A DNA stretch of 62,955 bases, filler included, from 6 parts of 6 records of this genome joined end to end with filler, not necessarily neighbours in it; one strand, 5' to 3'; positions 19,946 to 30,476 are shown, counted from the whole stretch's first letter. Made by a program: numbers and translations. The notes: a model not told the origin generated them from the letters alone.

Positions 19946-22264
19946 TTAGTTGTAAGTAATCATGTCAAATGAGTATGGAGGCAGACTTAACATTTCTCCA
20001 TTTAGTGTACCATAGAAATTAGTTTTTCCATTCGCAGGAACCTCTATTTCCAGGGACGTGTCGCCGGTATTGAATACAGACAATACGGTATTATCAAAAT
20101 ATCTCCTTTCTATGGCGAGGTAAGTGATTCCCTCTTCAATAATTTTGGTGTCTCCATAAATCAGTGCCAGGTTATTCCTTCTAATTGAAATCATTTTTTT
20201 AGTTCTTTCTCGAGTGGATTTCTGGTGTTTATCCAGATTATCAAACTGCATTTGCCGTCTGTTGTCAGGATCGTTACCACCTGGCGATCCATATTCATCG
20301 CCGTAATAGATACATGGTATTCCCGGAATGCTCATCATGTATGCCGTTAAAGAAGATAGTTTCTGATAAGCAAGTGTGTCCTGAATACTAATCTCTCTAT
20401 TCCAACCGGCATATTTTGTGTCTTCACCAAACTTCAAAGATCCGTCTGCATAAGAAATGAATCTCGCACGATCCTGATTGCCCGTGATATAGCCCATCAA
20501 GTTATGATCTCCGTAATATTTGATGCTTTCTCTAAGAGCGTTGGCCAGGTCATTTAATGATCCGGCCCCTGCAAAAGCCGAAACAGCACGATCATACATG
20601 TTAAAATCAAACTGTGCATCTAGCATGCCTGTCGAGATATAACTTTTGATCAACTCATGGCTGCCATAAGTTTCTCCAATTTGGAAGACTGGCTTGCCAG
20701 TTTCAGTTACTACTTGTTTTTTAATTTTTTGCGTCAGCACTCTCCAGAAAATTTCAGGAATGTGCTTTGTGGCGTCATGCCTGAAGCCATCAATTCGGTA
20801 TTCTTTCAACCAAAAGATGGCAGAATCAGTCATCGGTTCAACGATTTCCATCCTTGATAAATCAAGTGTCGGCATGAAAGTATCAAACCATGTGGTCAAC
20901 CGGTGATCATCCCAGCGTTCTGTATTTAATGATCCGTCAGGTAAATAAAGGTTAGTTGCCCAGTCAGGATTCTCCTGATAGATCGGATGCTGCTCATGTA
21001 CGTGATTGGCAACATAATCCAACAAGATATTCATGTTATTGGCACGGATTGAATCCATCATCACAAGAAAATCGGCTTCACCACCAAAACGATAGTCCAC
21101 TTTGGTATTTGAAATGGGCCAATATCCATGGTAGGCTGAAAAACTTGTCTCAGGTTCCGGATACCTCCCAAAAGCACCTTCAGGATTTTGAGTGATCGGA
21201 GAAAGCCAGATGGTATTTACCCCCAACTCTTTGAAGTAGTCCATTTTCTTCGCTACACCAATAAGATCACCACCGAAGTAATCCGCTTTGGGATGTACTT
21301 CAGGGATATTGAGCGGTTTGTCGTTCTCTGGATCTCCATTATTGAACCGGTCGACCATTAAGAAATACATGACCATTGATTCATAGTCATACCGATCTAG
21401 TTGTTCTGCTTCTGAAAGTACCGATCCGTAATCCAGCGGAATCATCACATCATTGCTTACTCCCTCATTGTTATATGCCCAAAGGCGAATTTTGGAGCGT
21501 TTTACTTCTCGTGCATTATCAGGAATCCTCAGCTGAATTTGTAATCCATCAATGGAGATGAATTCTTGAGGGAGGAGCGTATTACCCCAATAGGCATAAA
21601 CCTTATCAACTGCTTTATTTGATTGCAATGTAATGATGCTTTCATCATGGCTACTGGATAAGATGGTAGGTAATTTCTCTTTTTCTGGTCCGGGTAAATT
21701 AATCACCGAATTCCAACCACCCATTCCATTAGAAACGGAATCAGGATTGTTTGGGTCGCGCATTTCTTTCCCATCGACAACATATAAATATTGATAAGAA
21801 CCGGGCGCTAACAGCTCATAGGTCAAGAATGAATTACCCTTTCTTTCCAGAACGGTATTGTTGGGGTTCCAGGCATTGAATTCTCCTTTTACCATCACCT
21901 TTTTTTCACTGCCATGTGGGTTGTACAAAAATGAAAAGAGCGTTTTTTTTATTCGCTTTAGTAGTACGCTTTCCCCAATACCGTTCGTCCAAAATGTAAG
22001 GTTGTATAAATCATGCTTTGGTCTACCTGTAATTCTTAAAACCGAATTTTCAATTTCAAGATCAAGGGGTCCGTCTGTAGATATGGAATCTAACTCGTCA
22101 GGAGATAGAAGATAATCATCTAAAACAACCGATGTTGATTGAAGGTCTAGCTGAATTGGTGTCGCTGATCCAATGATGAGTGGGCGATCATGAACATCCA
22201 GGTTTTTTCCCTGCTCACATCCAAAAAGAAGGAAAACACTACCAATTAAAAACCATTTCTTCAT
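19946..22264 (-). CDS. GH13 glycoside hydrolase lipoprotein with CBM48-like module
   Basis: Probable start MKKWFLIG..LLFGC at 22264; 'VKGEFNAW...YQYLYVVDG..DPNNP' CBM48-like; 'DYVANH', 'DGFRHDA', 'GET', 'GNQD'. Confidence 0.88.
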   Translation of the reverse strand: MKKWFLIGSVFLLFGCEQGKNLDVHDRPLIIGSATPIQLDLQSTSVVLDDYLLSPDELDSISTDGPLDLEIENSVLRITGRPKHDLYNLTFWTNGIGESVLLKRIKKTLFSFLYNPHGSEKKVMVKGEFNAWNPNNTVLERKGNSFLTYELLAPGSYQYLYVVDGKEMRDPNNPDSVSNGMGGWNSVINLPGPEKEKLPTILSSSHDESIITLQSNKAVDKVYAYWGNTLLPQEFISIDGLQIQLRIPDNAREVKRSKIRLWAYNNEGVSNDVMIPLDYGSVLSEAEQLDRYDYESMVMYFLMVDRFNNGDPENDKPLNIPEVHPKADYFGGDLIGVAKKMDYFKELGVNTIWLSPITQNPEGAFGRYPEPETSFSAYHGYWPISNTKVDYRFGGEADFLVMMDSIRANNMNILLDYVANHVHEQHPIYQENPDWATNLYLPDGSLNTERWDDHRLTTWFDTFMPTLDLSRMEIVEPMTDSAIFWLKEYRIDGFRHDATKHIPEIFWRVLTQKIKKQVVTETGKPVFQIGETYGSHELIKSYISTGMLDAQFDFNMYDRAVSAFAGAGSLNDLANALRESIKYYGDHNLMGYITGNQDRARFISYADGSLKFGEDTKYAGWNREISIQDTLAYQKLSSLTAYMMSIPGIPCIYYGDEYGSPGGNDPDNRRQMQFDNLDKHQKSTRERTKKMISIRRNNLALIYGDTKIIEEGITYLAIERRYFDNTVLSVFNTGDTSLEIEVPANGKTNFYGTLNGEMLSLPPYSFDMITYN

Positions 22265-24653
22265 CTGTGTAATCTGTTTCGATCGAGAATACTTCTTCTG
22301 ATTTAAGATTATCTCTTCGCTCCTTTTCAAAAGGGTCGAAATTTGAGATGGGACAAACATAAGCGTAGCTTTCTTTCTTTATTTCTCCATTTTCCCAGTC
22401 CTTAATACACTGATAATCAAATCCATGAAGAACGATTCTCAGCTTCTTAATTTTTGACTTGTAATCACCAGAAGCTTTAGACAACTGTATGGATTTCTTA
22501 TTAGGGTTGAATGTTATATCACGTCGATGAAACGAACCATTTTGGTTTTCATAAGTAATCCCATCATCCTCGTAGTATCCGGTATTATTGGATTCTTTAC
22601 CGTTGTAAATATGAATTTCAAGCTTTCCACCAATGTTTTTTGAATTTTGTGCCACATCGCCATAAACTGGAATAATTGAGGAAGCTCTAATAAACAAAGG
22701 AAGATGCTCGATGGCATACTCACGAATCATTTTCTGGGATCCTTCAAACACCTCATCAGTGAAAAATTCATACCATTGACCTTCAGGTAGATAAACCTTC
22801 ACGAAACGTTGATCACTGGCAAGTGGTGCAACCAAAATACTGTCTCCAAGTAGGTACTGATTTTCAAACTCAGGATCATAAATATTAGCATCAGACATGT
22901 AGTCAATGCACAAGCTCCTTGTGACTGGCAGGCCTACTTCGGAGGCTTGCAGAAAGGTATAATAAATGTACGGTAGCAACTTATACCTGAGCTTGATGTA
23001 ATTCGCTGAAATCTCCTCAACTTCCTCGCCATAAGACCATGGTTCTGAGTCATGAGAATTGATCATAGAGTGACCTCTGAAGAAGGGTGAGAATGCTCCT
23101 ACCTGTATCCATCTGGCGAAAAGGTTACTTTGGCCATTACCAGCAAATCCGCCAACATCGTATCCCGAAAACGGTACCCCAGAAAGTCCCAGGCTATTCA
23201 CCATTCGAACGCCTAAAAGCATGTGCTCATCATTCGCCACATTATCACCTGTCCATAAAGCACTGTAACGTTGAACTCCCGCAAAACCAGCTCTGGTCAA
23301 AACAAATGGACGCTTGCCATCAAGATTGGCAGCAGCCCCTTCATACGCACTACGTGCCATTTGCATACCGTAGATGTTTCTCCCCTTTCGTGAGGTGGCA
23401 CCCTCTCCTTCCATTTCAAACTCGATATTTTCAGGAAGCATTTGGCCCCAAGTAGCGATCTCATTCATATCATTCCAAAATCCTTTAATCCCAATATCCG
23501 TGTACGATTTCATCATCTCCTGCCACCAATTCCTTGTTGCCTCTTTGGTAAAATCCGGAAAGTGGCACCATCCTGGCCATACCTCTCCCTCATAGTACTT
23601 TCCGTCAGGGTATTTCAGGAAAACATCTTTTTTCTTACCTGATTTGTAAGGTTCGTAGCTTTCCTCCAATTTGATTCCGGGATCACAAATTACAACCACC
23701 TCGAATCCCATATCTTTCAATTGGTCGATCATTCTGGCCGGATCAGGAAAACGATCTTTATCCCAGCTAAATATTTTATACTGATCCATATAGTGGATAT
23801 CCAGAACAATCACATCTGCGGGTATGTCTTTATCCCGAAACTTTTTTGCCACGTCCAACACCTCTGTATCCGGATAATAGCTGTATCTGCATTGCTGATA
23901 ACCAATACTCCACATAGGAGGTAGTGACATCCTACCCGTGAGCCAGGTGTACGATTGAATGATTTCAGCAACAGACCCTGAGATAAAGTAGTAGTTCATA
24001 TCTCCGGAATCCACCGAGAAACTGGAGAATCGATTATTAGAGGCTCCAAAATTGAAATGACTTTTATATGAGTTGTCTAGAAAAATTCCGTAGCTAAGTC
24101 CCCCATGAATACCTATGTAAAAAGGAATGGAGGCATAAAGTGGATCAGCCTCTATATCATAAGCAAAGTGATCTGTGTTCCAATTTTGATATCCTTTTCC
24201 TTTTCTATCCAGCGGACCTGTTTTCTCACCCAGCCCGACAAATCGTTCTCCCTCCTGTAATTTTTTATAGACCGTTACTTGCTCACCCTGAGTTTGGATG
24301 CCCAGGCCTGTGTCATCGGAATTGATTACTCTTCCGTCCTTATTCAGGAAAGTAAAAGATACCGGAGATTTGTTAACGACAACATCCAACCCATCCGAAC
24401 TGACTATTATGGATTCTTCATGCTCCTCTGTGGAGAAAGTAATTTTTTCAGGTTCCTGAATAACAGAGTAGGGATTTTCATCTTTTCTTTCAACCACCTG
24501 GTGAACCCTAACAATGGTGTTTGAATAAAACTTTAATTCATAGGTGTAGCTATCGGTTTTTAAATCCAGACCATGATCAGTCTCGGTGAAAGATTTAAAT
24601 TCTCCGCCCAGTTCTATCCGTTTTTTTATCTCTCTGTTGGCGATATTCAACAT
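22239..24653 (-). CDS. GH31 alpha-glucosidase
   Basis: 'GFWNDMNE' nucleophile, 'WTGDN' acid/base, 'LDIHYM'. Confidence 0.95.
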   Translation of the reverse strand: MLNIANREIKKRIELGGEFKSFTETDHGLDLKTDSYTYELKFYSNTIVRVHQVVERKDENPYSVIQEPEKITFSTEEHEESIIVSSDGLDVVVNKSPVSFTFLNKDGRVINSDDTGLGIQTQGEQVTVYKKLQEGERFVGLGEKTGPLDRKGKGYQNWNTDHFAYDIEADPLYASIPFYIGIHGGLSYGIFLDNSYKSHFNFGASNNRFSSFSVDSGDMNYYFISGSVAEIIQSYTWLTGRMSLPPMWSIGYQQCRYSYYPDTEVLDVAKKFRDKDIPADVIVLDIHYMDQYKIFSWDKDRFPDPARMIDQLKDMGFEVVVICDPGIKLEESYEPYKSGKKKDVFLKYPDGKYYEGEVWPGWCHFPDFTKEATRNWWQEMMKSYTDIGIKGFWNDMNEIATWGQMLPENIEFEMEGEGATSRKGRNIYGMQMARSAYEGAAANLDGKRPFVLTRAGFAGVQRYSALWTGDNVANDEHMLLGVRMVNSLGLSGVPFSGYDVGGFAGNGQSNLFARWIQVGAFSPFFRGHSMINSHDSEPWSYGEEVEEISANYIKLRYKLLPYIYYTFLQASEVGLPVTRSLCIDYMSDANIYDPEFENQYLLGDSILVAPLASDQRFVKVYLPEGQWYEFFTDEVFEGSQKMIREYAIEHLPLFIRASSIIPVYGDVAQNSKNIGGKLEIHIYNGKESNNTGYYEDDGITYENQNGSFHRRDITFNPNKKSIQLSKASGDYKSKIKKLRIVLHGFDYQCIKDWENGEIKKESYAYVCPISNFDPFEKERRDNLKSEEVFSIETDYTDEEMVFNW

Positions 24654-24739
24654 AATTTTTCCACTGAGTTAAGTGAGTGTTAGGGTCAAATTAATGAATA
24701 TTATGACAGGGGATTGTACTGTTATTTCAAAAAAAATAA

Positions 24740-24753
24740 CGCAAACGGTTGCG
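24740..24753. promoter_or_regulatory. LacI/GalR-type operator (MalR-like)
   Basis: CGCAAACGGTTGCG, near-perfect palindrome with central CG, about 90 nt upstream of the GH31 start. Confidence 0.7.
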
Positions 24754-24755
24754 AA

Positions 24756-24855
24756 NNNNNNNNNNNNNNNNNNNNNNNNNNNNNNNNNNNNNNNNNNNNT
24801 TAATTAATTAANNNNNNNNNNNNNNNNNNNNNNNNNNNNNNNNNNNNNNNNNNNN
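24756..24855. other. Artificial contig spacer
   Basis: N-run + TTAATTAATTAA + N-run, 100 nt. Confidence 0.99.
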
Positions 24856-24856
24856 C

Positions 24857-25390
24857 GAAAGAGATGGGTATAGCAGCAGTATTGTCACGCTCCTTTCCGG
24901 AAGAGATTTCGATCTAAGAGGCACGAACGATGTGGACGATGACAATAAAGGCATCATCATCACTGTGAAAGGACTAGGAAGAGTGGATATGAAATGGGAA
25001 GATTTTGATAAAGTCACGTTCAGGGATGCCCCGGATAGCGGACCTTCTTATGATTCATTTGATAGCCCTAAAAAGCTATATGGAGTGGTAACTGTTGATA
25101 ATGGAGATGTGCATGAAGGAGAAATTGTCTATGACCTGGATGAAGAACTCGATATCGAGGTACTCAATGGTGAAGACGATGATACCAAATTCATCATTCC
25201 TTTTAGCAATGTAAAAGAAATAGCTCCTAGAGGTTCAAGCAGATCATTGATAACGCTTAAGAGCGGTGATGACCTTCTTCTTGAAGACTCTCAGGATGTG
25301 ACTGAAAGAAACCAGGGACTACTGATTCGGACGAATAGTGACCGTGTCTACATCCCATGGGATCGTGTAGAAAAGGTCACCTTCAAATAG
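24857..25390 (+). CDS. Hypothetical protein with internal repeat, 5'-truncated
   Basis: Frame open from 24857 (ERDGYSSSIVTLLSGRDFDLRGTNDVDDDNKGIII...); similar unit later (SRSLITLKSGDDLLLEDSQDVTERNQGLLI). Confidence 0.75.
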   Translation, partial: ERDGYSSSIVTLLSGRDFDLRGTNDVDDDNKGIIITVKGLGRVDMKWEDFDKVTFRDAPDSGPSYDSFDSPKKLYGVVTVDNGDVHEGEIVYDLDEELDIEVLNGEDDDTKFIIPFSNVKEIAPRGSSRSLITLKSGDDLLLEDSQDVTERNQGLLIRTNSDRVYIPWDRVEKVTFK

Positions 25391-25426
25391 GACTGACTCA
25401 ACTCAAAGGACAAAAACACAACTACC

Positions 25427-27859
25427 ATGTTTAAGAACTATTTCAATGTTGCCTTGCGCAACCTTGTAAAACATAAGTTTTACTCGCTCATCAACGTACT
25501 GGGACTAAGTATTGGACTGACTTGTTTCCTGATGATCTCACTCTATGTGGTGGATGAATTGAGCTATGATTCATTCCACACGGATGCAGACCGCATCTAC
25601 CGAATGGATTTCAGTGGAAATCTGAACAGCTCGGAATTCATCACAGCGCTGGCTAGCGCCCCTGCAGGGCCTACCATGCCGGTGGAATTTCCTGAGGTTG
25701 AAACATCCACAAGGATTCGAGGTACAGGCAATTGGATCATCAAGCGAAAAGATGAAGACGATTCCTACAATGAGGACAATGTTGCATTTGTAGATGCCAA
25801 TTTCTTCGAATTCTGGACTTTCAACTTACTGAAGGGCGATCCGGCTACTTGCCTTACCCGTCCTAATACCCTGGTGATTAGTCAAACCCTTGCGGAGAAG
25901 TTGTTTGAAGGAGAAGAACCCGTAGGTCAGGTTGTGGTGCTTGATAACGATGATGATTGGGAAATCACAGGTGTATATGAGGACATGCCGACCAACTCAC
26001 ACTTCAGCTACGATTTCATGATGAGCATGGAAAGTCGTGAAGAATCCAAGCAGAAATTCTGGATGAGTTTCAACTTCAACACCTACCTGAAACTGCAGTC
26101 GGGAACTGACCCTGCCGAGCTGGAAGCAAAATTCCCGGACCTGATCGATAAGTACATTGGTCCTGAAATTGAGCAGTTCATGGGTGCAACCATGGAAGAG
26201 TTTTTTGAGGCCGGTAACCGCGCTGGTTTCTACCTTTTTCCATTGGCTGATATTCACTTGAAATCAGACAAACTGGGAGAATTAGCACCTAATGGAGACA
26301 TTAAATACGTGCTGATCTTTACGGCCATAGCACTCTTCATCCTGATTCTTGCATGCATCAATTTCATGAACCTTTCTACCGCAAGATCAGCTGGAAGAGC
26401 TAAAGAAGTAGGTGTAAGAAAAGTAATGGGAGCCTATAAAAGCCAGTTGAGAAAACAGTTTTTGACAGAGGCATTTCTGATCACCTTGATTTCCATACTG
26501 ATTGCTTATACACTTTCCTTCCTACTATTGGATCAATTCAATGGACTGGCGGAGAAAGCGATGAGTTTTAACAGCCTGCTATCCTCACGGTTCATCTTCA
26601 TTATGATTGGTGTTTTGATCACTGTAGGATTTCTCGCTGGAAGCTACCCTGCCTTCTTCCTTTCCAGGTTCAGACCTGTTGAAGTATTGAAAGGCAAGCT
26701 AAATCTGGGACTAAAAGGTGGTGGCCTAAGAAGCACCTTGGTTGTTCTTCAATTCTGTGTCAGCATCATCATGATCATTGGTACGGCCATTGTTTATCAG
26801 CAGTTGTCATACATCCAAAACAAGAAGTTAGGTTTCTCTAAGGATCACGTGCTTATGATACATGACCCATGGATGATGGGTGATAAGTCAGAATCGTATA
26901 AAAATGAAGTGCTGGAACATACGAGCATCCTCAAGGGTACCATGTCCGGTTTCCTTCCTGTTCCGAGCAGCAACAACAACAACTTATGGTTTCCGGGTGC
27001 TAATCCTACCAAAGATCAGAGTTATGTGTTCTCTGAATTCAGAGTAGACCATGACTACCTCTCCACTTTGGATATTGAGATCAAAGACGGAAGAGATTTC
27101 TCAAGGGATTTTCTCAGCGACAGCTCAGCTATATTGCTAAATGAGGCTGCAGTTGAGCGACTAGGATGGGAAGATGCCATAGGCAAGAAATTGTCAACGT
27201 ATGGTGGCTCACAGGAAAATCCGACAGTTGACACCTATACCGTCATCGGGGTGGTAAAAAACTTCCATTTCCAAAGTTTGAGAAATCGAATTGAGCCCTT
27301 GCTATTCGAACTTGGCAGAAGCAGAGGATACCTGAGTCTGAAGATCGATGGACAAAACATATCTAACACAGTAGACTATTTGCAGGAAAAATGGACAGAA
27401 TTTGCTCCAGGACAGCCATTCCAATACAGCTTCCTGGATCAGCGATTCAATGACATGTACCAGAGCGAGCAAAAGCTTGGTAAGATTTTCGGTGTGTTTG
27501 CTTTCCTTGCTATTTTCATTGCGTGTCTGGGACTCTATGGCCTGGCAGCATTTACTGCAGAGCAACGAACCAAAGAGATTGGCGTGAGAAAAGTATTGGG
27601 TGCTTCCATCATGAGCATCATCACACTCCTTTCTAAAGAGTTTTTGAAGTTGGTTGGAATCGCATTTCTGATCGCTGCACCTCTCTCCTACTATTTCATG
27701 GATTCATGGTTGCAAGATTTCGAGAACAGAACAAACATTAACGTTATGGTTTTCCTTTTGGCTGGAGTAGTAGCTCTGGTGATTGCATGGGTCACTATGA
27801 GCTTCCAGTCATGGAATGCCGCACGAGTCAATCCCGCAAAGTCCTTAAAGGACGAATAA
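25427..27859 (+). CDS. ABC transporter permease, MacB/FtsX duplicated type
   Basis: 'KNYFNVALRNL', 'ACINFMNLSTARS..RAKEVGVRK', 'EQRTKEIGVRKVLGA'; no ATPase domain. Confidence 0.93.
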   Translation: MFKNYFNVALRNLVKHKFYSLINVLGLSIGLTCFLMISLYVVDELSYDSFHTDADRIYRMDFSGNLNSSEFITALASAPAGPTMPVEFPEVETSTRIRGTGNWIIKRKDEDDSYNEDNVAFVDANFFEFWTFNLLKGDPATCLTRPNTLVISQTLAEKLFEGEEPVGQVVVLDNDDDWEITGVYEDMPTNSHFSYDFMMSMESREESKQKFWMSFNFNTYLKLQSGTDPAELEAKFPDLIDKYIGPEIEQFMGATMEEFFEAGNRAGFYLFPLADIHLKSDKLGELAPNGDIKYVLIFTAIALFILILACINFMNLSTARSAGRAKEVGVRKVMGAYKSQLRKQFLTEAFLITLISILIAYTLSFLLLDQFNGLAEKAMSFNSLLSSRFIFIMIGVLITVGFLAGSYPAFFLSRFRPVEVLKGKLNLGLKGGGLRSTLVVLQFCVSIIMIIGTAIVYQQLSYIQNKKLGFSKDHVLMIHDPWMMGDKSESYKNEVLEHTSILKGTMSGFLPVPSSNNNNLWFPGANPTKDQSYVFSEFRVDHDYLSTLDIEIKDGRDFSRDFLSDSSAILLNEAAVERLGWEDAIGKKLSTYGGSQENPTVDTYTVIGVVKNFHFQSLRNRIEPLLFELGRSRGYLSLKIDGQNISNTVDYLQEKWTEFAPGQPFQYSFLDQRFNDMYQSEQKLGKIFGVFAFLAIFIACLGLYGLAAFTAEQRTKEIGVRKVLGASIMSIITLLSKEFLKLVGIAFLIAAPLSYYFMDSWLQDFENRTNINVMVFLLAGVVALVIAWVTMSFQSWNAARVNPAKSLKDE

Positions 27860-27863
27860 CTGG

Positions 27864-27891
27864 AATACCCGCTTCTGCGGGTATTTTTTTT
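27864..27891 (+). terminator. Intrinsic terminator
   Basis: AATACCCGC-TTCT-GCGGGTATT followed by a T-run, directly after the stop. Confidence 0.85.
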
Positions 27892-27951
27892 GCACGGAGC
27901 AACCTTTGGCACCATTCTCTCATCTAATCTTTAGTCTAAAACTCAACCCAC

Positions 27952-30384
27952 ATGCTTAAAAACTACTTTAACGTTGCTCTGAGAAACATTCTCAAGCACA
28001 AATTCTACTCATTATTGAATGTATTGGGCCTCTCCGTTGGCCTTGCTTGTTTCATGCTCATTTCACTATTTGTGAAAGATGAACTGACGTATGATTCCCA
28101 TTTTAAGGATGCACAACAAATCTACCGCATTGATTTCTCCGCTACTTTGAACGGGTCAGATCACATCTCTTGTCAGGTTGGTGCTCCAACAGCACAAGCT
28201 TTGAAAACGGATTACCCGGAAGTAATAGATGCTACCAGATGCAGAAATTCTGGCAACTGGTTTATAAAAAGAAAAAGCGAGACAGAAACATTTAAGGAAG
28301 AAAATGTGATGATGGCCGACTCCAGCTTTCTCGATTTCTTCGGTATAGGCCTGGTCTACGGAGATCCGGCCACCGCTTTAACCAGACCCAACACCATCAT
28401 CATGGATCTGTCAACTTCGAAAAAAATATTTGGAGATATTAATCCTGTTGGTGAAGTGCTGGTTTTAGATAACCGTGATGACTATGAGGTCACGGGAGTA
28501 TACGATGATCTGCCTAAGAACACGCACTTCCATCACAATATCATGCTCTCGATGAGCACATTCGGATGGGCCAACAATCAGAATTGGCTGAGTACCAACT
28601 TTAATTCTTACGTTCGTCTCCAGGAAGGTGTGAATGGGCAAGACCTGGAAGCCAAATTTCCCGGAATGATTCAAACCTACTGTGCTCCGCTTGTCGAGCA
28701 GTTCCTCAATATGAACATGGATGAGTTCAAAAACAGTGGTAATGCCCTGGGATTTAGCGCTACACCATTGGCAGATATTCATTTGAGATCGAATAAAGAT
28801 GGTGAGCTGGAAGCCAATGGTGACATTAAATATGTCTTCATCTTTTCAGCAGTCGGTCTGTTTATTTTGATTCTGGCATGCATCAACTTTATGAACCTAT
28901 CTACTGCACGATCAGCCAATCGAGCCAAAGAAGTAGGCGTCCGAAAAGCCATGGGTGCTTTGAAAAAACAGTTAGTCAATCAATTTATCTCCGAGGCGCT
29001 ACTCATTTCAATTATTGCCTTTGTATTGGCTTATGGCATTTCCGCCTTGGTCCTTCCAAGTTTCAATGCGCTTGCGGCCAAAGAGCTCAGTATTTCAAGT
29101 TTATTGCAGTTGGATTACATACTCATGATGTTGGGTGTAATGATCCTGGTTGGCATACTTGCAGGTAGCTATCCCGCTTTCTATATGTCGATGTTTCGAC
29201 CTGTGGAAGTATTAAAAGGAACCATCCGTCAGGGAGTAAAAAGCGGTCCGGTAAGAAGCGTATTGGTCGTTTTCCAGTTTTCCATTTCTATCATTATGAT
29301 CATTGGAACGGCCATCGTCTTTGATCAGCTTTCTTACATCCAAAACAAGAAGCTAGGGTATGAGAAAGATCAAATTCTTATGGTTAATGATGCATGGATC
29401 CTCCGCGATCAGGTAACCGCCTACAAGGATGAGGCTTCCCGAAATGCAAACATTCTATCGAGCACAATTACAAGTTTTGTTCCTACCGGAAGAAATAATA
29501 ATTCTGATCTATACTTTAAGAACCCAAATGCTGCATCAGATGAAAGTCTGGTGATCAATATAGCAGTTGTAGATCATGACTTCCTTAACACCCTAGGTCT
29601 GGAATTGACTGATGGCCGATACTTCTCTGAAGATTTCTCAAGTGACTCCACCGCAGTTTTAATCAATGAAACAGCTGTTAAACGATTTGGCTATGAAAAC
29701 CCGGTTGGTTCAACGATTTACAACTACGGCGGATCCAACGATGAACCAGTCGTTGAGGGCTACAAGATCGTTGGTGTGGTAAGCGATTTCCACTTCAAAT
29801 CACTTCGATCCAATATTGAGCCATTGGTCATGCATCTTGGTCGTAATTCTGGTTATGCCCTATTCAAAATCCAGATGGAAAATGCAAATGAAACCATCGA
29901 TCATTTGGAAGCTACCTGGGATAAGTTTGTGCCAGGTCAACCATTCGAATACCAGTTTATGAACCAGCAATTCAATGCGATGTATGAGGCCGAGAACAAA
30001 GTAGGTGACATTTTCACTGTATTTGCTGCGCTGACCATTTTCATCGCATGCTTAGGGTTGTTTGGCCTGGCAGCATTCACTGCCGAGCAGAAAACGAAGG
30101 AGATCGGTATCCGAAAAACCCTAGGAGCTACGATTCCAAGTATCGTGAATCTCCTTTCCAAAAACTTCCTGAAGCTGATTGTTATTTCATTCATTATTGC
30201 CATCCCAATTGCGTCCATCGCCATGAATTACTGGCTAGAGGCATTTGCATACAGAACCAATCTGAAGCCAATGACCTACATCATATCAGGGTTTGGAGCG
30301 CTGGCCATTGCATGGGCAACCATCAGCTTTCAATCCTATAAAGCAGCACGGGTTAACCCGGCACAATCGCTGAAAGACGAGTAG
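27952..30384 (+). CDS. ABC transporter permease, tandem paralog
   Basis: Same length (810 aa) and same motifs as the upstream gene. Confidence 0.93.
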   Translation: MLKNYFNVALRNILKHKFYSLLNVLGLSVGLACFMLISLFVKDELTYDSHFKDAQQIYRIDFSATLNGSDHISCQVGAPTAQALKTDYPEVIDATRCRNSGNWFIKRKSETETFKEENVMMADSSFLDFFGIGLVYGDPATALTRPNTIIMDLSTSKKIFGDINPVGEVLVLDNRDDYEVTGVYDDLPKNTHFHHNIMLSMSTFGWANNQNWLSTNFNSYVRLQEGVNGQDLEAKFPGMIQTYCAPLVEQFLNMNMDEFKNSGNALGFSATPLADIHLRSNKDGELEANGDIKYVFIFSAVGLFILILACINFMNLSTARSANRAKEVGVRKAMGALKKQLVNQFISEALLISIIAFVLAYGISALVLPSFNALAAKELSISSLLQLDYILMMLGVMILVGILAGSYPAFYMSMFRPVEVLKGTIRQGVKSGPVRSVLVVFQFSISIIMIIGTAIVFDQLSYIQNKKLGYEKDQILMVNDAWILRDQVTAYKDEASRNANILSSTITSFVPTGRNNNSDLYFKNPNAASDESLVINIAVVDHDFLNTLGLELTDGRYFSEDFSSDSTAVLINETAVKRFGYENPVGSTIYNYGGSNDEPVVEGYKIVGVVSDFHFKSLRSNIEPLVMHLGRNSGYALFKIQMENANETIDHLEATWDKFVPGQPFEYQFMNQQFNAMYEAENKVGDIFTVFAALTIFIACLGLFGLAAFTAEQKTKEIGIRKTLGATIPSIVNLLSKNFLKLIVISFIIAIPIASIAMNYWLEAFAYRTNLKPMTYIISGFGALAIAWATISFQSYKAARVNPAQSLKDE

Positions 30385-30412
30385 AGATATCCACAACTTT
30401 TCCACAAAACAG

Positions 30413-30445
30413 AAGCGATCTAATTTAGGGTCGCTTTTGTTTTTT
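30413..30445 (+). terminator. Intrinsic terminator
   Basis: AAGCGATC-TAATTTAG-GGTCGCTT followed by a T-rich tail. Confidence 0.7.
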
Positions 30446-30476
30446 ACTTTGAATGGTAATTCTCTAAAACAGCTTC

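Noticed and set aside
22265-22360. N-terminal extension of GH13 giving a 122-nt overlap with GH31
   Set aside because: The lipoprotein signal begins at ATG 22264, reducing the overlap to 26 nt.
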